64,000 bases of DNA from an uncultured Acidimicrobiales bacterium (GTDB lineage Bacteria; Actinomycetota; Acidimicrobiia; Acidimicrobiales; VFJN01). Made by a program: the position numbers and the translations under genes. The stretch's first letter is position 1. Each line of letters starts with the position of its first letter. The notes below the pieces were generated by a model, which saw only the letters and a list, made by a program, of their open reading frames with translations, did no database searches and was not told where the DNA came from. Below, piece after piece: positions 10,801-18,872 of the stretch. The stretch is taken from NCBI GenBank assembly GCA_963842015.1, contig CAWJFG010000026.1, positions 33,779 through 97,778 on the forward strand, given 5' to 3'.

Positions 10801-10943
10801 AGATCGGCGAGGAGCTCTTCATCAGCCAGAAGACCGCGAGCGTCCACGTGTCGCGCCTCCTCGCCAAGCTGGGTGCATCGACCCGCGGGGAGGCGGCCGC
10901 CGTCGCCCGCCGTGAGGGCCTGCTCGACGAGCGCAGGGCGTGA
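7857..10943 (+). CDS. LuxR-family transcriptional regulator, large ATP-binding (LAL/MalT-like: AAA ATPase + TPR-like + C-terminal LuxR HTH)
   Basis: N-terminal P-loop [10 protein letters not shown] and Walker B [11 protein letters not shown]. Long helical repeat region. C-terminal [44 protein letters not shown]. Confidence 0.9.
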   Translation: [1028 protein letters not shown]

Positions 10944-11067
10944 CGAGTCCCAGGTCAGAGGGGCCTCAGGACGGATTGAGCACGGGATAGGGCATGTTGC
11001 CGATGCCGTGGGGCGCCCGCGGGCGGACTCTGGGGTACGACCCCGGATCCCGTCCACGGAGGACCTC

Positions 11068-12507
11068 GTGGCCAACGCTCCCACTCCCCCGAACACCCTC
11101 ACCCACGCCGTCGTCGTCGGCGCGGGCATGGGCGGCCTGCTGGTCGCCCACGCCCTCAGCCGCCACGTCGACCGCGTGACCGTGGTCGAGCGCGACACGC
11201 TGCCGACCTCGCCGGCCCCCCGTGCCGGCACGCCCCAGGGCCGCCACGTCCACGCGCTGCAGCCGGGCGGGCTCGCCGCCATCGAGAGCCTGCTGCCCGG
11301 CTTCCGGGACGAGCTGCTGGCGCACGGCGCCGTCCCGGTCGTGGTCCCCCGCGACCTGCTGTGGATGTCCCGGGCCGGGTGGATGCAGCCCCAGGCAGGG
11401 GCCGGCCACGTGATCATGTCGGCGAGCCGGGACCTGATCGAGTGGGTCACCCGCGACCTCGTGCTGGCCCGGTCGTCGATCGGGCTGCGGACGGGCACCG
11501 AGGTGGCCGGCCTGGCCATCCGTGACGACCGCGTCGTCGGTCTCGACGTGCGCCCCCGCGGGGCGGCCCCCGGCGAGCCGACCGAGCGCCTCGTGGCCGA
11601 CCTGGTGATCGACGCCAGCGGCCGGCGCTCGCGGGCCCCCGACTGGCTCGAGGCGGCGGGCTACGACCGCCCGGAGGAGGAGGTCATCGACGCCGACCTC
11701 GCGTACGCCAGTCGGACCTACCGGCGCGGCCCCGACGATCTCGCCGGATGGCGGGCCCTGCTGCTGCAGCCCCGGGCCCCCGACTGCAGCCGCGCGGCGG
11801 TGATGTTCCCCATCGAGGGCGACCGCTGGCTGGTCACGGTGGCCGGCGCCAACGGCGACGTCCCGCCCACCGACGACGAGGGCTTCCTCGCCTTCGCCGC
11901 CGGGCTGCGCTCGCCCGCGCTCGTGGACGCGATCGACCGCCTCGAGCCGCTGTCGCCGATCGTGGCGTTCCGCCGCACCGCGAACCGGCGGCGGAGGTTC
12001 GAGGCCCTGCGCCGGGTTCCCGATGGCTTCCTGGCCGTCGGTGACTCCGCCTGCGCGTTCAACCCGGTGTACGGCCAGGGCATGAGCGTGGCCGCGATGA
12101 CCGCCGCGGAGATCGACCGCGGCCTGCAGGCCCACGGGGCCCGGACGTTCGGCGACCTGGCGGGCGTGTGCGCCGGCCTCCAGCGCGTCGTGGCTCGCCT
12201 GAACGCCGGCGCCTGGATGGTGGCGACCGGAGAGGACCTGCGGTTCCCGCGCACCGAGGGTGGGCGGGTGACTCCCGTCGACCGGGTCGTGCGCCGCTAC
12301 CTGGACCGTGTCGTGCTGGCGGCGGCCTCGGACCCGGTGGTCAACCGGGCGTTCACGGACGTGCTCACGATGACCGCACCGCCGACATCTCTGATGCGCC
12401 CCCGCCTCGCACTCCGGGTGCTGTCCCAGCGCAGCCCCCAGCCCTCGCCCGCTCCTCCGCTGCCGCTGTCCCGACCTTCGTCGGCGACCGCGGCCCTGGC
12501 CGGCTGA
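11068..12507 (+). CDS. FAD-dependent oxidoreductase / monooxygenase
   Basis: GTG 11068 is preceded by GGAGGA (11058-11063). Rossmann motif HAVVVGAGMGGLLVAHAL...VTVVERD, then DLVIDASGRRS and GDSACAFNPVYGQGMS motifs typical of flavin monooxygenase-like proteins. Confidence 0.8.
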   Translation: MANAPTPPNTLTHAVVVGAGMGGLLVAHALSRHVDRVTVVERDTLPTSPAPRAGTPQGRHVHALQPGGLAAIESLLPGFRDELLAHGAVPVVVPRDLLWMSRAGWMQPQAGAGHVIMSASRDLIEWVTRDLVLARSSIGLRTGTEVAGLAIRDDRVVGLDVRPRGAAPGEPTERLVADLVIDASGRRSRAPDWLEAAGYDRPEEEVIDADLAYASRTYRRGPDDLAGWRALLLQPRAPDCSRAAVMFPIEGDRWLVTVAGANGDVPPTDDEGFLAFAAGLRSPALVDAIDRLEPLSPIVAFRRTANRRRRFEALRRVPDGFLAVGDSACAFNPVYGQGMSVAAMTAAEIDRGLQAHGARTFGDLAGVCAGLQRVVARLNAGAWMVATGEDLRFPRTEGGRVTPVDRVVRRYLDRVVLAAASDPVVNRAFTDVLTMTAPPTSLMRPRLALRVLSQRSPQPSPAPPLPLSRPSSATAALAG

Positions 12508-12547
12508 TCGGGCACGACCCCCCGTGCCCGATCACGCCGAGGACACG

Positions 12548-13039
12548 ATGCGCACCCGCCCGACGGCACCACCGGCGACCCACGCCGTGGTGATCGGCGC
12601 GGGTGCCACAGGGCGAGCCGCGGCCCTGGCGCTGGCGGCCCGGACCGAGCGGGTCACCCTCGTCGACCGGGCGGACGTGCCCGACCCCGAGTGGGAGGCC
12701 CGGCCGCGGTCCGCGGACGTGCGGGCGATCCTGGAGTCGCCCCAGGTCGTGGTGCGGGCCGGCCTCGAGGTGGTGGGGCTGGTCGTCGCCGACGGCGGAC
12801 GTCGCGGGAGCGAGGACGCTCGCGAGCCTCGGATCGGCGGGGTGCTCGTCCGCCCCCGTCGGTCCCCCGGGGCACCGGTCACCGAGATCGCGGCCGATCT
12901 GGTGGTCGACGCCCGCGGGGTGGCCCCGGTGCCGGCGTCGGTCGCGGCGTTCCCGGCGCGACAAGGCCGGGGCCGCTCTCGGCCCCGGCCCGTCGACGGG
13001 TCGGATGCGGGACGCCCCCGGCCCGCGGAGGCGGGCTAG
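12548..13039 (+). CDS. truncated FAD-dependent oxidoreductase paralog (N-terminal dinucleotide-binding part only)
   Basis: ATG 12548 follows GAGGA. HAVVIGAGATGRAAALALA...VTLVDRAD and ADLVVDARG parallel the upstream gene. The ORF stops after about 163 aa, and the convergent acyl-CoA dehydrogenase ends 27 nt later, so there is no room for a C-terminal half. Confidence 0.45.
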   Translation: MRTRPTAPPATHAVVIGAGATGRAAALALAARTERVTLVDRADVPDPEWEARPRSADVRAILESPQVVVRAGLEVVGLVVADGGRRGSEDAREPRIGGVLVRPRRSPGAPVTEIAADLVVDARGVAPVPASVAAFPARQGRGRSRPRPVDGSDAGRPRPAEAG

Positions 13040-13065
13040 GGCGGACCGGGCGACTCCGGCTCTGG

Positions 13066-14181
13066 TCAGATCCCCAGGCGCTGGGCGAGCAGCTCGCGGT
13101 GGTAGGTGGGGTCGCCGAAGAGCAGCTCGGACGACTTCGCCCGCTTGAAGTACAGGTGCGCCGGGTGCTCCCACGTGAAGCCGATGCCGCCGTGGATCTG
13201 GATGTTCTCGGCGGCCGAGTGGAAGTACGCCTCGGAGCAGTAGGCCTTGGCGAGGCACGCCACCTCGGGCAGCTCGTCGTTCAGCTCGGCGGCGCACCAG
13301 GCGGCGTAGTAGGCGGCCGACTTGGCGGACTCGACCTCGAGCAGCATGTCGGCGCACTTGTGCTTGATGGCCTGGAAGGAACCGATGGGCCGGCCGAACT
13401 GCACCCGGTCCTTGGCGTACTCGACCGACATGTCCAGCACCTTCTGGGCGCCGCCGACCTGCTCGGCGGCGAGGGCCACCACGGCGAGGTCGAGAACCCG
13501 GCCGAGCACCTCGTCAGCGCCGCCGTCGGTGCCGATCAGGGTGGCGGGCACGCCGGCGAACTCGAGCTTGGCCTGCTTGCGGGTCTGGTCCATCGTGGCC
13601 AGGGGCGTCCGCGTCAGTCCCGCGGCGTCACCGGCGACGGAGAACAGCGACAGGCCCTCGCCGGTCCGGGCGGCCACGACGATGAGGTCGGCCACGTGCC
13701 CGTCGAGGACGAACATCTTGGTCCCGTCGATGGTCCACGAGTCACCGTCCCTGGTGGCCGTGGCCTCGACGCCCGAGAGGTCCCACTTGCCGTTCGGCTC
13801 GGTGAGGGCCAGCGTGGCGATGGTCTCGCCGGAGGCGATGCCGGGGAGCAGCTCCTTCTTGGCGGCCTCGTCGCCCGAGTGGAGGATGGCGTTCGTGGCC
13901 AGCACGACCGTCGAGTAGAAGGGGGCGGCGAGCAGGGCCCGGCCCATCTCCTCGAGCACCACGGTCAGCTCGACGTAGGTGAAGCCCTGTCCGCCGTACT
14001 CCTCGGGGATGACGAGCGACTGCAGGCCGAGCTCGTTGGCCATCTGCGACCACACGGCGGGGTCGTAGCCCTCGGTGGTCTCCATCAGCCGCCGGACCTC
14101 GGTCTCGGGCGACTTCGACTCGAGGAACTGGCGGGTGATGCGCCGCAGCTCTTCCTGCTCTTCCGAGAAGGCGAAGTTCAC
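13066..14181 (-). CDS. acyl-CoA dehydrogenase
   Basis: 371-aa ORF MNFAFSEEQEELRRITRQFL... with QIHGGIGFTWEH and the full ACAD N, middle and C domain pattern. Confidence 0.9.
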   Translation of the reverse strand: MNFAFSEEQEELRRITRQFLESKSPETEVRRLMETTEGYDPAVWSQMANELGLQSLVIPEEYGGQGFTYVELTVVLEEMGRALLAAPFYSTVVLATNAILHSGDEAAKKELLPGIASGETIATLALTEPNGKWDLSGVEATATRDGDSWTIDGTKMFVLDGHVADLIVVAARTGEGLSLFSVAGDAAGLTRTPLATMDQTRKQAKLEFAGVPATLIGTDGGADEVLGRVLDLAVVALAAEQVGGAQKVLDMSVEYAKDRVQFGRPIGSFQAIKHKCADMLLEVESAKSAAYYAAWCAAELNDELPEVACLAKAYCSEAYFHSAAENIQIHGGIGFTWEHPAHLYFKRAKSSELLFGDPTYHRELLAQRLGI

Positions 14182-14309
14182 GGGGGTCCCTCCTGGGGTG
14201 ACGTGGACGGAGATGGCTGTCGCGATCCGGACGGCACCGTAGGCGGATCCCGGAGGTCACGCCATCCGCTGTGTGTACACGTGTGCTACGCGCGCCGTAG
14301 GGTGGCGGG

Positions 14310-14585
14310 ATGGAACGGGTCGGCGTCCGCGAGTTGCGCAACAACGTCGCCGCCGTCGTGCGCCGGGCGGGCGCCGGCGAGCGCATCGTGGTCACCGTCG
14401 ACGGGGTGCCCGCGGCCCAGATCGGGCCCCTCGACCCGGCGGCGGCCGTCACGGTCGACGACCTCGTCGCTGCCGGGCTGGCCCTCCCGCCGGGGCGACG
14501 CGACCGACCACCGGCACCGGCGCCCGAGGACGCGCCTGTCGACATCCGGCCCGCCAGCGTCCTCGACGAGCTGCGTGGCTCGTGA
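14310..14585 (+). CDS. type II toxin-antitoxin system antitoxin (Phd/YefM / VapB-like)
   Basis: MERVGVRELRNNVAAVVRRAGAGERIVVTVDGVPAAQI is the typical Phd/YefM N-terminus. It sits immediately upstream of a PIN-domain gene. Confidence 0.8.
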   Translation: MERVGVRELRNNVAAVVRRAGAGERIVVTVDGVPAAQIGPLDPAAAVTVDDLVAAGLALPPGRRDRPPAPAPEDAPVDIRPASVLDELRGS

Positions 14586-14598
14586 CGATCGACCGCCG

Positions 14599-15012
14599 AT
14601 GACGCTCTTCCTCGACACCTCGGCCCTCGTCCGCCGGTACGTGCAGGGACCCGACCGGACGCTCGTCGTCGACGCCATGGCCGAGGACCCCGTGTGGTGC
14701 GCTTCGGCGCTGTGCCGCTCGGAGACGCTGCTGGCACTCCACCGCCTCGCGGTCACCGGCCGCCAGCACGGGCGCATGTGGGGCCGTCTGCGGGACGACT
14801 GGGACGCGTTCGTGGTGATCCCCGTCGACGACCGCTGCCTCGCGCAGGCGGTCGAGCTCGGGGCGACGTACGGGCTGCGCACGGTCGACGCGGTCCACCT
14901 CGCCGCCGCGGACCGGCTGCCCCGCCCCACGACCTACCTGACGTACGACCGCCACCAGATCCCCGCGGCCGCGGGGCTGGGGTTCGACGTGCGGTCGCCC
15001 CTGGCGGACTGA
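14599..15012 (+). CDS. vapC: type II toxin-antitoxin system VapC-family PIN-domain toxin
   Basis: ATG 14599 (MTLFLDTSALVRRYV...) has the PIN acidic residues (D6, E in SETLL, D in TVDAVHL). 137 aa. It lies inside the long 12691..15012 ORF frame. Confidence 0.8.
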   Translation: MTLFLDTSALVRRYVQGPDRTLVVDAMAEDPVWCASALCRSETLLALHRLAVTGRQHGRMWGRLRDDWDAFVVIPVDDRCLAQAVELGATYGLRTVDAVHLAAADRLPRPTTYLTYDRHQIPAAAGLGFDVRSPLAD

Positions 15013-15346
15013 CCCGTCGTCTCACGCCCTGGGGCACCGGGCCCTCAGCGGGCCCGGGCCTCCAGGGGCCATGCCCAACGGCGTGACCCCGGGGCGGCCG
15101 GTCCCGGGCTTCTCCCCAAGACCGGAACCGGCTCGCCTCTGAGGGGGACATCGGCCGTGGCGGTCGACCTGTCACCCTCATCGGGGGCTCCTGCGGTGGG
15201 CATGAGCGTGTGCAGTTTCGCCATGAATGAGCCGTATGGACAAGACCCAAGAGGGCGTGAAATATGTCACGTCGCTCGATGCTGTCTTGTCACCACCGAC
15301 AGTGACTCGGAGGGACACCGGTGTTCGCCGGACGCCGACATCAATC

Positions 15347-15997
15347 ATGCCGGAGCGAGCGGGACGTCGCACGCGGCAGACTGTGGACGTGAGCACGCTG
15401 TTCCATGTCGACGACCGGTTCGAGGTCCACAAGGTCGTGGTCGGGCCCGTGGACAACAACGTCTACGTGCTCCGGTGCACCGACACCGGCGAGGCCGTCC
15501 TGCTCGACGCAGCCAACGAGCACGACCGCCTGCTCGACCTCTGCCGAGCCCTCGACGTGCGGTCGGTGCTCGAGACGCACGGGCACTGGGACCACATCCA
15601 GGCCGTCCCCGAGCTGCGTGACGCCGGCTACGAGGTGCACGTGACGGCCGAGGACGCCGACATGCTGCCGTCCTACGACCAGATCCTCGACGACGACTCG
15701 GTCGTCCAGGTCGGCCGGGTGCGGTTGCGCACGATCCACACCCCGGGGCACACGCCCGGATCGATGTGCTTCCTCGTCGAGGGGTCGCCGGTGCTGTTCA
15801 GCGGCGACACGCTGTTCCCCGGGGGCCCGGGCAACACGACGTTCCCCGGCGGCGACTTCCCCACGATCATCGACTCCGTCGAGAACAAGCTCTTCACGCT
15901 CCCGCCCGACACCCGCGTGCTGCCCGGGCACGGCGACCCCACGACCATCGGCACCGAGCGCCCGTCGCTCCAGGAGTGGATCGACCGGGGCTGGTGA
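15347..15997 (+). CDS. MBL-fold metallo-hydrolase (glyoxalase II-like)
   Basis: THGHWDH metal motif, HTPGHTPGS, and a C-terminal GHGD. The start is uncertain: ATG 15347 or GTG further in near VSTLFHV. Confidence 0.8.
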   Translation: MPERAGRRTRQTVDVSTLFHVDDRFEVHKVVVGPVDNNVYVLRCTDTGEAVLLDAANEHDRLLDLCRALDVRSVLETHGHWDHIQAVPELRDAGYEVHVTAEDADMLPSYDQILDDDSVVQVGRVRLRTIHTPGHTPGSMCFLVEGSPVLFSGDTLFPGGPGNTTFPGGDFPTIIDSVENKLFTLPPDTRVLPGHGDPTTIGTERPSLQEWIDRGW

Positions 15998-16022
15998 GCG
16001 TCCGCGCCGAGCGGGCCCGCTG

Positions 16023-16406
16023 ATGCCTGACGCCCTGCGCTACGACGAGCGGCCCTACGACGACACGCCCGTCCACACCGAGGACCTGCCCCCGACGCCC
16101 GTGCGCGACCGGAACATCCCGGCCACGGCCTGGATCGAGGCGCCCGGCGAGGTGCGCACGCTCGGCGACGACCTCCCCGGCACCCCGGTCGCCGACTACA
16201 AGCGCCGCATCGGACCCTGGCTCCTCTGGCGGGCCGGACCGGCGGCGGGGGGCGACGCCCGCTACTGGGTGGCGCGCGCCGACGACCTGACGGTCACGTA
16301 CACGTTCCGGCTGTACCCGTCGGGCGACGGGTCGGGCGTGGGCCCCAGCGGGGCGACACACGCCCGCTTCCGGGCCTGGAAGGAAGACCTGCGCGACGCC
16401 GAGTGA
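16023..16406 (+). CDS. hypothetical protein
   Basis: 127-aa ORF with near-uniform G/C third positions. I recognise no family. Confidence 0.55.
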   Translation: MPDALRYDERPYDDTPVHTEDLPPTPVRDRNIPATAWIEAPGEVRTLGDDLPGTPVADYKRRIGPWLLWRAGPAAGGDARYWVARADDLTVTYTFRLYPSGDGSGVGPSGATHARFRAWKEDLRDAE

Positions 16407-16548
16407 GGCGGTCGTCCGCCGGCTGCGGCGCCCCGCACGACGAGCGCCCGCACGATGAGGGCGGCGAGGCAATGCGTTCCGCACGACCGAGCCCGAGGTC
16501 ATGGGCTCCGCATCCGGAACCCTCGCCTCGAGCTCCGCCGGCCGGAAC

Positions 16549-17568
16549 TTATCGCCTCGCCGGAACGGCCTCGGCGAGGCGCGCACCCCCGCCGGGCTCG
16601 ACGGCAGCACCACCCTCGGTGGCGGGGACGGCAGCGCCCGCGGCGTCGGCCGGCGCGGGGACGGCGGCAGCGGCAGCGGCGTCGGCGTCGGCGGGCGCCG
16701 GGAGGGAGGGCGCAACGGCGTGGAGGCGGCGGACCCGGCGAGCGACCATCACGCCCGCGGCGGCGATGGCCAGCAGGACCGGCAGGCGCACCGGGCCGGG
16801 CACCCCGACCTCGAGCATCAGGGTGCGGGTGTTGGTCACGAGCAGCAGCGTGCCGACCACGACGCCCAGCGCCGAGGCGTCGGCGTGACGCACCAGCCAC
16901 GCCGCGATCGGCGCAGCGACCACGCCGCCGGCCAGCAGCGCCAGCACCAGCGGTGCCTCGATGCCCTGCCCGCCGAGGCCGATGAGGAACCCGGCGCTCG
17001 CCGCCACGGTCACCAGCAGCTCGGCGGCCGACACCGAGCCGATGACCAGACGGGGCTCGACGCGGCCGGCGGCCAGCAGGGTGGGCGTGGCGACCGGGCC
17101 CCACCCACCGCCGCCCACGGCGTCGATGAATCCGGCGCTGAGGCCGAGCGGCGCCAGCATCCGCCGGCGGAGGTGCCCGGGGTCGTGGCGCTCGCCGTGG
17201 AGGTCGCCGCGGACCGAGCGGACGATGACCAGCGCCCCCAGGCCGAGGAGCACGACGGCGACGGCGGGCGTCAGCCAGTCGCCGGTCAGGGAGGTGAGGA
17301 CGGTGGCGCCGGCGAAGGCGCCGATGGCTCCGGGGAGGCCGATGCGCCGCACCAGCGGCCACGACACGTTCCCGAACCGCCAGTGCGCCACGCCCGAGCT
17401 GAGGGTCGTGCCCACCTCGGCGAGGTGCACGCTCGCCGAGGCGACCGCGGGTGAGAAGCCGTTCGACAGCAGCACGGTGCTGGTGGTGACGCCGAAGGCC
17501 ATGCCGAGCGCCCCGTCGACGAGCTGACCGACCAGCCCGGCCAGGGCGAACACCAGCAACCGTCGCAC
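16549..17568 (-). CDS. sulfite exporter TauE/SafE family membrane protein
   Basis: GTG 17568 follows GGAGGTGAC. Multi-TM protein with the duplicated TauE pattern (GALGMAFGV..., GGGGWGP...). Ala/Pro-rich C-terminal tail. Confidence 0.85.
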   Translation of the reverse strand: MRRLLVFALAGLVGQLVDGALGMAFGVTTSTVLLSNGFSPAVASASVHLAEVGTTLSSGVAHWRFGNVSWPLVRRIGLPGAIGAFAGATVLTSLTGDWLTPAVAVVLLGLGALVIVRSVRGDLHGERHDPGHLRRRMLAPLGLSAGFIDAVGGGGWGPVATPTLLAAGRVEPRLVIGSVSAAELLVTVAASAGFLIGLGGQGIEAPLVLALLAGGVVAAPIAAWLVRHADASALGVVVGTLLLVTNTRTLMLEVGVPGPVRLPVLLAIAAAGVMVARRVRRLHAVAPSLPAPADADAAAAAAVPAPADAAGAAVPATEGGAAVEPGGGARLAEAVPARR

Positions 17569-17710
17569 GTCACCTCCGATCCGTCGCCGCCGGAGCGGGC
17601 ATTACCCACAATTCCGACGTGTTTGGTGGAGAATAGCCGTGGAACGGCCTGCGTCCAACCTCGGGGCGGGGACGGCAGGGTGTGACCGCCGCCCCCGCCC
17701 GCGCCGAGGC

Positions 17711-18718
17711 TCAGCCGAACTGCGACTCGCAGCTGCCGAAGACCCCGCCGGCCGGCTCGCGGCCGCCGCAGGTCTCCGCGTACGCCTCGAGCACGCCCCC
17801 CGAATCGGTGCCGAACCAGAGGTCGTCGCAGGCGGCCATGTCGCCGTCGGAACACGACTGGGCCAGACTGGCGAGCTCGGGGTCGGCCACCGCCTCGGGG
17901 TCGTCGAGGGGCGGTTCGGTGCCACCGGTGTCGTCCACCGGCTCGTCGACCGGTTCGTCGACCGGTTCGTCGACCGGGAGATCACCGACGTCGGGGACGT
18001 CGGTGGTGGGCGCCTCCAGGAGACCCTCGATGTCGACCTTCCAGTCGCCCTCCTCCTTCACCAGCGCGATGGCCGTCGTCTCGGTCGAGCCGCCCTGGGT
18101 GCGGTACTCGACCTCGACGGTGGCCGAGCTGTCGGTCTCGTCGGTCACCCGGGTGGAGACGAGCTCGGACGGCGCGAACTCCGCGATCTCGTCGGGAAGG
18201 TCGCCGGTTCCCACGCCGGAGGCCGTCGCCGCCTGGGTGCACTCGGCGAGGGCCTCTTCGCGGGTGGTGTCGCCGAGTGTGACCAGGTCGACCGCGGCGC
18301 CGCAGTCGCCGTCGATCATCGCCTCGAAGTAGCTGGTGGCCACCGACTCGGGATCGCTGGCTTCGTCGCCGGACAGCAGGAAGTACGCCCCGACGCCGGC
18401 GGCGACGAGGGCGAGGACGATCACGATGGGCAGGACCGGGCTGCGCTTGCGACCCGGGGGCGGGCCGCCCGGCGGCCCGTAGCCGGGCTGGGGCCCGAAA
18501 CCTGGTCCGGGCGGCGGCCCGTACCCACCCGGCGGCGGGTACCCCGGGTCCGCGGGGGGATAGCCGGGCGCCGGAGGCGGGTAGCCCGGAGGCGCCGCGG
18601 GCGGGTAGCCCGGGGCCGCCGGCGGGTAGTCGGGCTGGGGTGGGTAGCCGGAGCCCGCGCCGGGCTCGGGCCCCCAGCCGGGGGCACCGCCCGGGGCGGG
18701 CGGAGGCATCTGTGACAT
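17711..18718 (-). CDS. Pro/Gly/Tyr-rich membrane-anchored protein with acidic extracytoplasmic domain
   Basis: ATG 18718 follows GGAAGGA. MSQMPPPAPGG then PGYPP-type repeats, one TM helix (VLPIVIVLALVAAGVGAYFLL), a globular domain, a PVDE x3 repeat and a Cys-containing C-terminus. Confidence 0.7.
   Translation of the reverse strand: MSQMPPPAPGGAPGWGPEPGAGSGYPPQPDYPPAAPGYPPAAPPGYPPPAPGYPPADPGYPPPGGYGPPPGPGFGPQPGYGPPGGPPPGRKRSPVLPIVIVLALVAAGVGAYFLLSGDEASDPESVATSYFEAMIDGDCGAAVDLVTLGDTTREEALAECTQAATASGVGTGDLPDEIAEFAPSELVSTRVTDETDSSATVEVEYRTQGGSTETTAIALVKEEGDWKVDIEGLLEAPTTDVPDVGDLPVDEPVDEPVDEPVDDTGGTEPPLDDPEAVADPELASLAQSCSDGDMAACDDLWFGTDSGGVLEAYAETCGGREPAGGVFGSCESQFG
17946..17987. repeat. 12-nt tandem repeat (about 3.5 copies, GACCGGTTCGTC) encoding (PVDE)n
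   Basis: Read directly: caccggctcgtc gaccggttcgtc gaccggttcgtc gaccgg. In frame within the 17711..18718 CDS. Confidence 0.85.
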
Positions 18719-18872
18719 CTCGTGTCCTTCCTGACCTGCTCGTCGCCGCGGAGCCGCCGCCGGGACGCGCGTGGATCGAGGTCGAACCGCCGCCGCACTC
18801 ACCAATGGCCCCGCTCTCGAGGCCGCACACTACGACGTTCGCGACAACGAACGATCGCGCCCCGACTGGGCG

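Noticed and set aside
8604-11519. 971-aa ORF antisense to the LuxR-LAL gene
   Set aside because: It is Arg/Pro/Gly-rich with no recognisable motif and G/C concentrated in the wrong codon positions. It mirrors a well-supported gene on the other strand, the usual stop-poor artefact of very GC-rich DNA.
14286-14300. Similarity of CTACGCGCGCCGTAG in the vapBC promoter to the CTACGCGCGTAG core of suf box A
   Set aside because: The shared part is mostly a CGCGCG run, which is common in this composition, and the flanking AT-rich arms of the suf box are absent. I judge it coincidental.
14310-15350. vapBC plus the AT-richer spacer as a small mobile island
   Set aside because: I could find no integrase, transposase, tRNA target or flanking direct repeats. 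TA pairs are often chromosomal singletons in actinobacteria.
16455-17454. Plus-strand ORFs 16455..16985 and 16501..17454 opposite the TauE gene
   Set aside because: The translations are Arg/Gly/Pro/Asp-rich and lie antisense to a clear multi-TM transporter ORF.
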